From Lobosporangium transversale (taxonomy: Eukaryota): a stretch of DNA of 64,000 nt. The DNA lies in NCBI RefSeq assembly GCF_002105155.1, contig NW_019028988.1, positions 248,001-312,000 of the forward strand. Direction: 5' to 3'. The position numbers and the translations under genes were made by a program. Positions 39,093 through 51,214 of this stretch are shown here, one piece after another; the first letter of the stretch is position 1; each line of letters begins with the position of its first letter. The notes beneath the pieces were generated by a model. The model worked only from the letters and a program-made list of their open reading frames with translations, searched no databases and was not told where the DNA came from.

Positions 39093-42000
39093 CTACTTTC
39101 GCTCTTTAAGACGGAATGTGACAATACCCCAGAAGAGTACAATGAACAAAACATTAAATCCGATCAAGATGATCATATTCCTCCAATAACCACCCAGATC
39201 AAATCCAAACAGCTTCTGCAAAATTAGCGAGCCAGGGACATTGAACGCAACACCCTGGATATTATCAATCAGTTTGGATGTCGCGACTTCGTTGACTGCC
39301 AGAGCTTCAAATCCATACTTGAACATGGAAAAGTATTGAATCCATGTCAAGGCTGCAGGGATATTGCCAGAGTTGATCATAAAGCCTCCAAACAACATCA
39401 TAAAGAGCATCACGATTGACGACGCCAGGGATGCGACTCCAGTCGTGCGAACTGCCGCAGCAATGACAAGACAGAACATGGCAGTAGCAACGTTGAATAG
39501 AACGATGATCAGCAGGAACTTGAAAAATGTTTCGACCACAGGTGAGAGACCGATCATGAAATATGAGATGCAGCCCATAAAGATCGAGGGAACAATACGA
39601 AGAGGAATCAAATCAAATAGCAGTGTCGAAATAACAAAGGGCAATGGTGGGTAATAACCATTGGAACGTTCCTTGATAAACAATGTGCGCGTATCTGTGA
39701 AGGCACCCAGAGCAGAGATACTACTGAAACCCAAAAGTGCGAGCATAAAGAACAAAGATCCAGCGCGGTTTTGGAAACCTGCTAGGTTCATGGGCACTTG
39801 ATAATACAATCCTCCAATAAAGACACCAAGAACAATCGCGACAGCCAGATGAAGAACCAACAAAGACTTGTCGCGGATCAAAGTTTGAAAATTGCGCTTC
39901 ATGATCACCTGCAGCTGGGCTAAGAAACTAACCGGGTACACCGTATTTTGCTTCTTTCGGGCTCCTTCCTCAGAGAATGAGGCCGTTGAGGACCTAGCGG
40001 AGCCCTCTTCCTCTATTGGCACGGATGTCTCATACGAGTTGCGAGTAATGTCACTAGCATTATTGTGTTGAAGGGCATTGCGGCTATTGTTGTTGCTATT
40101 GCCATTGCTCACTGCACGGCGGGACACGGCGTTTCCAGATATGTGTGTTTGATGACCCGTACTAAGACCCGCCTTTTCATTTTCGGATCCATCGTTGAAG
40201 CTCTTGGCCTTTGCCACTAATTCCTGGTCCATCGCAATATCGAGCAAATAATCAGCAATGTTGTAGTTTGGCGGACAAACCAAGCCTCGCTGAATAAAGT
40301 AGTCTGCAGCAGTGGCCGTAGGTCCAAAGTACAGGGCAGATCCCTTGCTTACAACCAGTGTCTGATCAAACATGAAGAAGATGTCGGAGCGAGGTTGGTG
40401 GATTGTCAGGATCACAGTCGTTGTCTTGCTGGCTGCTAGTTTGCAGAGTTGCTCTACCACCATATGTGCACTGTAAGAGTCCAATCCAGAGGTGGGTTCG
40501 TCCAGAATCAAAATCGGGGGACGTGTAATCAGTTCCAATGCGATCGAGACACGGCGTTTCTCTCCTCCAGAGATACCACGCGCTGTAACATTGCCAATCC
40601 TACGATCTGCGCAGTGAGTCAATCCCAACATCTCAATCACCTCCGAAACGCGCTCGTGGACCCGGTGAATAGGCATTGCCTCAGGAAGGCGTAGCATGGC
40701 AGAGTACAGCACTGCTTCGTACACAGTCTGAGTAGGCGGCAACGTATCCTCCTGATCCACAAATCCGACTGCTCTGCGAATATCACTTTCATGAACTTGC
40801 TTGCCATTCAACAGGATCTGACCCGTGACCTTGCCATCCTTGCGTTTACCTGCCAAGATGTCAACCAGTGTCGATTTACCAGCACCAGATGGCCCCATCA
40901 CCGCTAGGACCACACCAGCAGGTGCTGCTCCTGAGATACCCTTCAGAATCTCCAGTCCGTCCTTATTAAGAGTATAGCCCACATTGCGGAACTCAAGTGA
41001 TGCTGCTTCGGCATTGAGAGTGTAAGGTGTACGTCTGAGGATAAGTTGATTCCGACGGGCAATCGAACAAACAACAATCAAGAACAAAACCAATACGCCT
41101 AGAATTGCCAAACAGGCGATCACACCTGGGGACATAGTGCTTTTGATTGTGGTGACAGTGGATTGCATCTCTGATGGGAATACACATTCGCCCAGATCAC
41201 AGTCCGTCATCTTGAGACCTGTTGGGAACAACCCACTCAGGTCTTTAATATAAAAATCACACTCATTACTGTTCTGTGGGCAAGTCAATGAGAAAGGGCC
41301 TTTTAAGCCATCGACAACATCTCCGAGTGTTACAACAGGTCCTGGAACACCTCCGCACATGAGTGTTGGCTTGATACACTTGCAGTTCAGTGTTGGGCAA
41401 TCCCATTTTGTCTGGACAACACCGTTCTCTTCTGTTGTGGCAAGTGTACAGTTGGGGATATCGCAGTAGAACTGTTCAGTATAACCCAACCATAACTGAG
41501 CATTCACTGTCTTGTTGACTGGGTCCAAGCTCATTGTCAGACTGTACTCTCCAGGGAAGAAACCTGTAAGTTCAGGAGCACGGACTGCACAGGTCATGTA
41601 TGCATTATGGTAAACCTCGGATTTTTTGTTGCAGACCATCTCCTCGTTGCCCAAGAAGGATGTACGCGATGGTGGTTTCGATCGGCATCCTGCATCTGTC
41701 TGACAAACTATATATTAAATAAATTAATAAGAATATACGTGATCAACCTCCTGTGTAGCGGATTATCAAATCCATCACGTCCATTCACGTAATCACACAC
41801 AGAACAACAAATAAAAATACAAAAAAAAAAAAAAAAAAAAAGTTGTTGATATTCGTACCATTGCAATTGAATCCTCCAAAACCATCGTCACACGAGCTAC
41901 AGCTGGTATTTGAAGCAACTGTGGGTCGTTGTGAAGGGTCTATCAAAGGTGAGCCGCATGATAGGAGGCTGCAATCAACACCGCCAAACCCAGGCATACA

Positions 42001-42331
42001 TTTACAAGTCTTGTTCTCACAGACACCGCTATTCATGCATCCCTGATGTATTGTGATATCAAATGGACTATAAGTTGGGTGTTTATCTCGAGGCAGAATT
42101 AGATATGATACAAATTCTCAACAAAGGATTTACCTTGGGTGAAGAGGAGCAGTCAAATTGGGGTTGACAAGTTTGAGGTGGCGAAGTTGGAGTGGATGTG
42201 ACGACAGAGGTGACAGTGGTGGTGACAACTGCTGCGGTTGTAGTTGTACCTTTAGACTGGGCCGAGATCAGCCCAGTCATGGTCATCACAACCGCCAACG
42301 AGGACAGCTGTCGAGTTAAAGAAAGCTTCAT
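39093..42331 (-). CDS. ADP1: ABCG half-transporter with N-terminal signal peptide and Cys-rich EGF-like ectodomain (Adp1 type), 3 exons
   Basis: Walker A GPSGAGKST, signature ISGGEKRRVSIA, Walker B ILILDEPTSGLD, TIHQPR, six C-terminal TM helices, EGF-like CKCMPGFGGVDC. Confidence 0.92.
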
Positions 42332-45102
42332 CCCCAAGTCGACGAAGGAAGGAGGGGAAGAAAACGAATAAAAGTCACGCGCCTTTCACTCAAATATTGT
42401 AAAAAAAGAATGAAGCCAGCCCTGAAGGATTACAAAAATGGAAAGATTTAAGGACAGACAGAGAAAGGGAAAAGAGAAAGTGGCGAAGTAGAAATGGAGA
42501 CTGAAATGGACAGACAATGAATGTCAATGATGTCTTTTAGGGAAGATGCAAGGAGATGAACCTGAGCAAGAGAGGGAAGAAAAAGAAAAGAAAAGAAAAG
42601 GGTAACAGAGAAGGAGATCGTCCTTTGTGATTGATATTTTTCATCTTTTACCCACATGTAAACCTGTGCTCTTTTTTTAGTGTTCAATAGCTCAATAGGA
42701 ATGATCTTCTGTGATTGTGAGCCACTTTCTAAAGCAAACACATAGTGCTGGCGGGCAAAACGATATTCGTGGCCACATGCTGCATATTATATTACAATAT
42801 CCGTATGTGCGCTGTGCCAGTCGGGCTACAGACAGATAAAGATGTGGGAACCATGGATGCGGAGTCGTGATCAGTCTCGGTCTAAGTGGAAGCATAAAAA
42901 AAATAAAAAAATAAAAAATAAAAAAAAGAGGAACATGTGCTGCCTAGTTACTGTTCATTCCAGATCATCCTTGCTCCTCTTTCTCGGACTAGACTATGGC
43001 AATATGCTTAGGTTAATTGGTAACAGAGACAACTGAGGTAACCTTCGTAGGGACTCGTAAGCAGAAATAAAAAGGAGGGCTCTTCCTCGTCGAAATAATG
43101 GTGTGCATCTAAGTGTCAGTTCAAAGTCAGCACATGTCGATGGCATGGGCTGAAATCTCATGTCACCCTTTTTTAAGAGAAAAAGACGCATGCTTATTTC
43201 ATGCTTCTAAAACAGTTTCTGCTTGAGCTTCAATAAATATTGGAAATAAATGCAATATCTATCACCAGAGAAAACAGGAGGATGAGAGTGAGGCGACGCT
43301 CCTTTAAAACAATCAAGTGTATCCTCACTGGATACAAGTCCGAAAGCAAAGTCCTCTAAGCTGTCTTCAAGGGAATCTTTTTATTTGCTGATCTAACTCA
43401 ACGGCAAAACGCATTCCTTTTCCAGGTGTAGGTTACACACGAACGCATTATCTCTTTTTTTTGCACTCCATCATTGAAGTATGATTGGCTACTAAAAAGT
43501 GGGATGATTTTTTTTCTGGCACAGAGTTGCAAGCGAATTCAACCCTTCTCATTTTCGCGTGCAGGAACAGCACCACATGGTCGCTAATGCAATATCTGTC
43601 GTGGTCGGTGCGTTCAGGTCTCAACAAGACATGTTGATTACAATTACTGTTTAATCATTTACCCTCACAATATCAATATATCACTCGACGTCGCTCAAGT
43701 CTTGAGGTGACTGCTGCATACATATACACTACCTGATGTTCAACATCGATAGGGATTCGTTTAATCTCATCTTTCTCCACAGTTTGAATTAACGTTGTAT
43801 AGATAGCTATTTAAGCTCAAACGCTTAAGAAGCACTCGGGGACCTTGGAGCATGTTTTATAGTGGTCATCTCTTTCCAGTGCGCTAGTAAGATATATATA
43901 TATATACTAATATTTAAAATGTTTCAAGAACCATAATTACCTTGCAAACGAGCTATAGACAAGATGCTAGTTAGTTAATTGGAGCCATGATTCGTTAACT
44001 ATGGCAGACGGTACATTTTTATTGGATAACTCATTTCCAGTAACAAGTGGTCAGTGTGAAGGGTAGTTTGAGGCTTAGACCAAAATTCCGTTGGCGTGGC
44101 GCAGCGCCTAACGACTCGACCGTAGCAGAAGAATGGAAGCGAGGGCAGTGCACAGCACATTCATGCTCACACACATTGAATATGCAAAATATATACGACA
44201 CGACTGGACACATGCATTCGCTATGACTTTCAATACGCATAGACCGCCGCCTTCCATGTGAACAGGCAGGTACAACAGATACAGAGCAAAGCACATCCTC
44301 ATTTTTGTTGGAACGAAAGAGTTCAATGCCAGATAATGTCGCGTGGAACAAGCTTAAAGGTTTATTTCGATTTGGAGAAGCAAAACTTTTCTATCAACTC
44401 ACCATAGAGTGACTTACCGCGTTGCATTGCGCTCACCAGAGGGATGATGTGGCGGTGGAGTGCTTGTTCTCTCTCTGCTGGTTCCTGGGCCTTGCAGTTA
44501 TTCATCCATCCAAAAGCATCGTTTTATTTTCCTGCAATGTGCCTGCATCCTTTCAGCCTGCGCCATTTGCATGGATATGGTATTTTTCCAAAGTGAACTC
44601 AATTGATTGGATTGTTTGCGAATCATCTGGCTTTGCTCTCACTCTTGCTCTCTCTTTTTTGGTTCTCCCGCCATTGGTCTTCTCTCATCATCCCCCATTT
44701 CATCCTCATCATCCTCATCATCCTCATCATCATCTTCCTCTTTTCCTCCTCTCTTTATCCCTTTGCTCCTCACTTCCTCACCATCTCACTTAATACTGCA
44801 CATAAACGTGCTCTTTTGATTTCCATCATCTCACCCTATTCTTTATACTCTAATTCTCTCTCCATTGCATCGCTTTACCACTTCTTCTTCCTTCTTGTGT
44901 TCGCGTTGGACACGGGAGCACGTTTCTTAGTCCCCTCCCCCTTTCCCCATCTCATCTTGTCTTCTACTAATATACCTTTTAGTTATTTATTGGCATCCTC
45001 CTCGTTGCATCATCTTAATACCTAATTTGCAATCTTGGTCTTTCATTACCTACAACTGTTCTCTTTTTGAAGCAACCTCGCAACCCGATACCATACATCA
45101 GC

Positions 45103-45893
45103 ATGGCCTTCTACGACCAACTTGCTCTTCAGCAGCAACAGCATCAGCAACTTCCACCACTTCCACAACACCCATCATTTCAACAGCAGCAACAGCAACT
45201 TCTCCAGACCGCGTACAATAGCAATGATATGCGTACCTCTCTTTGGTAAGCAGCAATGACAAGGTTGCAATAGAGATGCACACAAAAAAAAACATGTCCG
45301 CAGAAACCAGCTCCTTTGGGAAGGAATAGAACAAAAGCAGAGAATTTAGAATAACTCAACAAAAACTGTCTCTTATCCAAATATATAATATTGAATAATT
45401 TAGGATGGGTGAACTAGAGCCTTGGATGGACGAGAACTGGATCCGTGGCGCATGGTACAGTGCTGGAGAGCAGGTCTCGGTTAAGATGATTCGGGACAAG
45501 TACACAGGGTAGGTGACAGTTTTATGCCTGCATACGATTGCTGATTTGCGTTTCATGGATATGTTATTGCCTCTGCAGCCTCTTCAAGAATAATTACTAT
45601 TAATAATGGATATTTTGCTCAAGAACATGAGACTGACGAATGACCAACTCGCTATTCGCTGATTTGCTTCTTCGTATTGGTACTAGTGCTAGTGCCGGTT
45701 ACTGCTTCGTTGAGCTGTCTAGCCCTGCTGCGGCAGCCAAGGCTATCAGCAATCTGAACGGGGTGCTGATCCCCGGGACCAACAAGCCCTTCAAGTTAAA
45801 CTGGGCAACTGGCGGTGGCGTCGCGTCCAAGTAAGTCGACGCTTATCAACGCAATATTTTATGATCAAACCACAGATGTCTTGTATTCAGGGG

Positions 45894-45926
<33 letters not shown>

Positions 45927-46270
45927 CACCTATCTCACTCATTCACTTTTTGTTATCTTTTAGTGGTCCCGGTGCAGGGCAGGAGTTTTCTGTATTTGTG
46001 GGTGACCTGTCTCCTGAGGTCACAGAGTTTATGCTGGCGGTATGTACTTGTAGACTTCAAGGATTGGGATCACGCATTGAATTTCCATATGACCAACTCA
46101 ACTCTTACATGTGTCTAACCATCTGACCGTATCGTCTTTATGCAACACCTAATCCTCGAAACTTCAAAGTCAAAGTTCCAGGAACGCTATGTGTCTTGTA
46201 GATCAGCCAAGATCATGACGGATGCCACAACAGGAATCTCAAGAGGTATGTGTTTTTCTAACTGCAAAAG

Positions 46271-46303
<33 letters not shown>

Positions 46304-47389
46304 GACTGACGGTTTGGTGCTTTTGCATTCTTTCTATAGGCTATGGGTTTGTCAGGTTTGGAGATGAAAGTGAGCAACTCCGTGCATTGCATGAGATGCA
46401 GGGAGTGTACTGCGGAAGTCGCCCGATCAGGATTTCCACTGCGACACCCAAGAACAAAATACCATCAGGTGGTGTGGGGGGCATGGGGGCAGGAAACATG
46501 GGCCCTGTTGGCGGTATGGCCGGCATAGCCGGTATGGGTGGTATGAATCCCAATATGGCTATGTCGCCTGCAAACTATGGCTTCAACTCACCTCTACAGC
46601 CAAACAGCCCTCAGCACCCTGCTAATCAATTTAATGACCCCAACAACACCACAGTTTTTGTTGGGGGTCTTTCAGGTGTTAGCCATGAGGATGAGCTCAG
46701 AAGTTGCTTCGCTATGTTTGGGGAGATTACCTATGTCAAAATCCCTCCAGGCAAGGGATGTGGGTTTGTTCAGTTCGTTCATAGACAGAGTGCAGAAATG
46801 GCTATTAGTCAGATGAATGGCTATCAGATTGGTAAGGCTCATCTATCCTTAGTACTTTTTTCATATTTGTGAGATATATCCTCCATTCACACTGGTGTAA
46901 TTGGGTTTTAGGTAATTCACGCGTCCGCCTGTCCTGGGGACGTGCCCAAAGCGAGAACAAGCAGCCAATGTCGCCTCATGGGCCGCCAATGATTGGCAGC
47001 CCAGGGTATCGGTAAGTCAGTAGTTTTTTTTTATTAAAAAAAAAAAATAAATAAATAAATAATTGATACTGATGCTGGTGCTAATGCCAATACTGATAAT
47101 GATATATCTTTTACTGTACTTGGGTCGATTGAGCAGATCGCCCATCCATAACCAGTTTTCAGGAATGCCGTTGAACAACCGCGCGTCTGCCCCCTATGGC
47201 ACGTTTCCTGGTATGATGGCTAGTACACCACCCATGCTTGGCATGATGCAGACGCCACCACCACGTGACCTTATGGAGCATGCTCCATCTGAGCACCAGA
47301 ATCGTGGCTTTGGTGATAGAAAGGAGAGCATCATGGACCGCATAGACGATGGCGCTACGTGGCGAGGCTCTGGTGCAATCTATGCTTAA
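45103..47389 (+). CDS. NAM8: Three-RRM RNA-binding protein of the Nam8/Ngr1/Csx1 (TRNAU1AP-like) family, 8 exons
   Basis: TSLWMGELEPWMDE, AGYCFVEL, FKLNWA, SVFVGDLSPEVTE, SRGYGFVRF, PIRISTATPK, DPNNTTVFVGGL, KIPPGKGCGFVQF, VRLSWGR. Confidence 0.88.
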
Positions 47390-47749
47390 ACGCCACCAAC
47401 ACTGACCTATCTTTGCATGTCTTTTTTTTTTATCCAACTAATTCTCCCAAAAAAGTTTTTTTTTTTTTACATATTACTTCATGTCCTTTTTTGCTATTTT
47501 TTTAGTTTTCTATATACTACCATGTCATGCGCCCTTTTCCCTTTCCCTTTTATTTTATTACTATCTAATTATTTGTTTTACTCTAACGCTGCTTCTACGT
47601 TCGCTATGCTTTCTATTTCATACACTCTTTTTTTACTTTTTTTTTATTTTGACCATACCAGTTGTTAGTTAACTTTGTATTTATTGCAACAATCATCTCT
47701 AAGTTTTGTTTTTCAGTTTTTATTTTTTTAAAAAAAAACTTATTTATTC

Positions 47750-47784
<35 letters not shown>

Positions 47785-48049
47785 CTAAGATAAAAAAAAT
47801 GGTGTCGCAAAAAAAAAAAGAAAAAGAAAAAAAAGAAAAAAAAAAAAAAAAAAAAAAAAAAGACTCTCCTAAGTGAATTTATACAAATATACAAATGTCG
47901 AATGTACTCTAAGATTGTTGTGCTCAATTTTGAACCAAAGTCATAAATGCAACAATAACAAACATGCAAGAAAAAAAAAAAAAAAAAGAAAAAGTGATCC
48001 GATGGGTATTGATATGTACACGGAGACGTAAAGGAAGAAATGCAAGCTT

Positions 48050-48080
<31 letters not shown>

Positions 48081-48088
<8 letters not shown>

Positions 48089-49392
48089 TACCAAGCTCGC
48101 CAATAGCATCAACGTCTGGCTCATGGCTGGCCTGGACTACGAGGCCAGGAACAGAGGTATTATCAGTCGTCTTTGTAGACTTGCTCTTTGATCTGCGTGG
48201 AATAGTGGCCTTTGTCTTTGATTTTGATCTAGACAAATTTGTAGATCCACAAGCGTTATTGCTATTGGGGGCATAGACCACGCGTGGCGTAACAAGAGCT
48301 CCAACCATGCCTCCTGCAACTTTGTTCTTCTTTTTGTCTCTTCGAGAAGTGGGCACATCAGGGTGACCTTGATGTACTTTGCGGTAATGTCTCCAAATGG
48401 CGTCGTTCCTGATAAAGATCATGCTGCAGATTTTACAGGCATATGGCTTATCCTTGGAATGGATCCGTTGATGTCGGGATAGGTCATAGGGTCGCAAAAA
48501 GGATTTGTCACATTCGTTGCAAGCATGAAGGCGCTCAGTTGAGTGAGTCTTGTAATGGGCATTGAGGTTGTATTGGCGTAAGAATCGTTTCTGACAGTGG
48601 GGACAGATGAACTGACGTTCTTCTTCATCATCTCCTTCTGAGGTCGCTGTAGCTGGGGAACCTGCGCCCCCTTGAGCATCTCCCTCGCCTTCCGCGTACT
48701 GACTGGCGGGACTCTGACTTCCGATGCCGAAATAGCCTGCATTGTTGCTCAAGTTGCCGGGAGTACCGGGAGTACCGGTGGCATAAAAGACGCTCGGACT
48801 AAGACTAGTTGCGGAAGAGGGTGTGTAGGTTGGGCTTGCAGGGCTGGCTGTGGTCAGACATGCCAATGATTGTATAAGCCCCCGAGATGGTATTCCACTG
48901 CCTTGGCTGCTCTGATTGTAGTGCTCTGCCATGTGGGGGCTGAGAGGTGGTGTGGACGAGGACAGGTATGATTCGTCCAATAACTGGATCCGAGCTTCCT
49001 GGTCGTCTTCCTCTGTTCCTGCGATACTATCATTATCATCCCCAACACTTCTGTGATAGGCTCGGCTACCGTGACTGACAATATCGTGCATAGTTGAGGC
49101 GATAGTGAATGGGTGGGAGGTTGGTGCATGAGAGTGAGCGTGCAGTTGAGCAGGATTCACCACGATCGGAAGCATGTCCAAGCCTTTGGGCGCAGCTGTT
49201 GTAACGGCGAGTAGGTCCTTGGTACTGTATTCAACAGGGCTGCTCCAGTCAAGGCTTACAACAATGGCGGCGGCGGCGGCAGCTTCCGGAGAAGCAGAGT
49301 AAGGATTATTGTGGCTGGCGTAATTCTGTCCGTGCTGGAACTGATGTTGATGTTGATGTTGATGTTGGTGCAGCGGCTGGTACTGATGTTGC

Positions 49393-49424
<32 letters not shown>

Positions 49425-49880
49425 CCAGTACTGCGCCGGGTGCTGTAGGGGCTCGCTATGAGGGTGGGTGTAAGTGCCATGAGTAGCCTGTTGACTTTGG
49501 TGTTGAGTACGCTGCTGTTGATGGGCATAAGAGACTGGCAGGTGTTGATGCTGCTGCGGATGCAAATGTTGACCGCTGTACTGCTGCGGCTGGTTTAGTT
49601 CCTGTTGCAAGAGGTAGTCCATTGGCTGTTGAGACTGTTGAGAGGGAACAGCAGGGGGCTGGAAGGGAACGGCGCTGTTTGCAGTCGGGCTCACGTTGCC
49701 AGGAATTTGCTGAGGATACCATGGCATTGGAGAGAATGGTTGTTGGCCAGGGTGGTGTTGATGTTGCTGTTGATGGTATTGGTGCTGCTGATTCTGAACA
49801 AGGTCCTGATTCTGGGTCTGGTGTGATTGAGATTGTTCTCCCAGTTGATGCTGTGAGAAAGGAATAGAAGTAGGATGCAT
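48081..49880 (-). CDS. C2H2 zinc-finger transcription factor (3 fingers) with Gln/His-rich N-terminus, intronless
   Basis: CPHC...HYKTH, CNEC...HQRIH, CKIC...HYRKVH with linker HSKDKPY. Confidence 0.92.
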
Positions 49881-50129
49881 TTTAAAAATATTTATATTGT
49901 TTTATGTTTGTCCTTGTTGTTCAAACTGGTAGCTTCTTGTTGCTGTTGTTGTTGTTGGTGAGTGCAAGTGAGGGAAAAAAAATGGAAATGTGTGTGCCTG
50001 ATGCGTAGAAGGAGTAAGAGCGATAGTGACAGAAAGAGATCAAAAACAGAACAAAGAATATCAGAAAACGATAGAGTACAGAAGGCTAGAGAGGAAGGTT
50101 GACAAGTAAAGAAAAGAAGACATGGAAAG

Positions 50130-50160
<31 letters not shown>

Positions 50161-51180
50161 GGGACATGGGGACCATTTATGTGAAATCGTTAGCGATGTC
50201 AAGGATAAGAAAAGAAAGCAGGTAAAGAGAGAAAAGAGATGGGAGGAAGATTCAATGGCACACGCTACAATGGATGCCTCCGAGGAAGATGCATAGATTT
50301 TGACATTTGAATAGGCGCTCATTTTTGTGTTTTCATTCAGTTTTGATTGTCTGCCTTTCTTTTCTGCCTCTTTTTTTTTTTTTCCTTCTGTCATTTGTAA
50401 CTTTGTTTCTTTTGAGGATAGAACACATGGATTCATGTCTAAATAAACTCATTGACCAATGATCTGCATCGAAAATAGAATAAAGTAAAAAAATCTAATT
50501 GATGAAGAGTTGAATAAAATGCAACGTAAAATAAAAGAGTAAAATAAATCAGAATAAATCAAAATAAAATAAAGTATAAAATAAAACAATAAATAAACAT
50601 TAAAATAAGAGCAACTGCGTATTTTTTCTTTCTGAAGATGAAATAGGGTTGTAAATGATAAATCACACCTGGGGCATCCGGATAAGGATTTATGAGGTGC
50701 ATAAAAACTGAGTAGGAAAAAAAGGGCAGACAATTGAATGTTTTATTTTTTTGTTTATGCAGACAATGAAGGAACGTGCATTGTTACAAATAACCGCATG
50801 TTTGAATAGACACTACTTTACACAAGTGTATACATTCATATACACTATATATAATATATAAATATACACCATCCTATTGTATACATGTAACTGTGTATAA
50901 TTGACATTGCACCGTAAACAGAAATGTTGGTATGTCTGCCATCATTTCTTATCCAGATGTATCGGCTGTTTTTTTTTTTTTTTTTTTTTTTTTTCTTTTT
51001 TCATAATCTACAAAACGCAGGATAGGTTAAAGCCCTGAAGGGATTATGTGAAAGTCATAAAGGCTTGAAGGTCATTGATAATCCACTTTATTGCTCTTCC
51101 TTAACTACTATACTATACAATAACTAAACCTTCGTACTCAATAGCACTCGGAACTAATAAAATAGTGTCAAATGCAAGGG

Positions 51181-51214
<34 letters not shown>

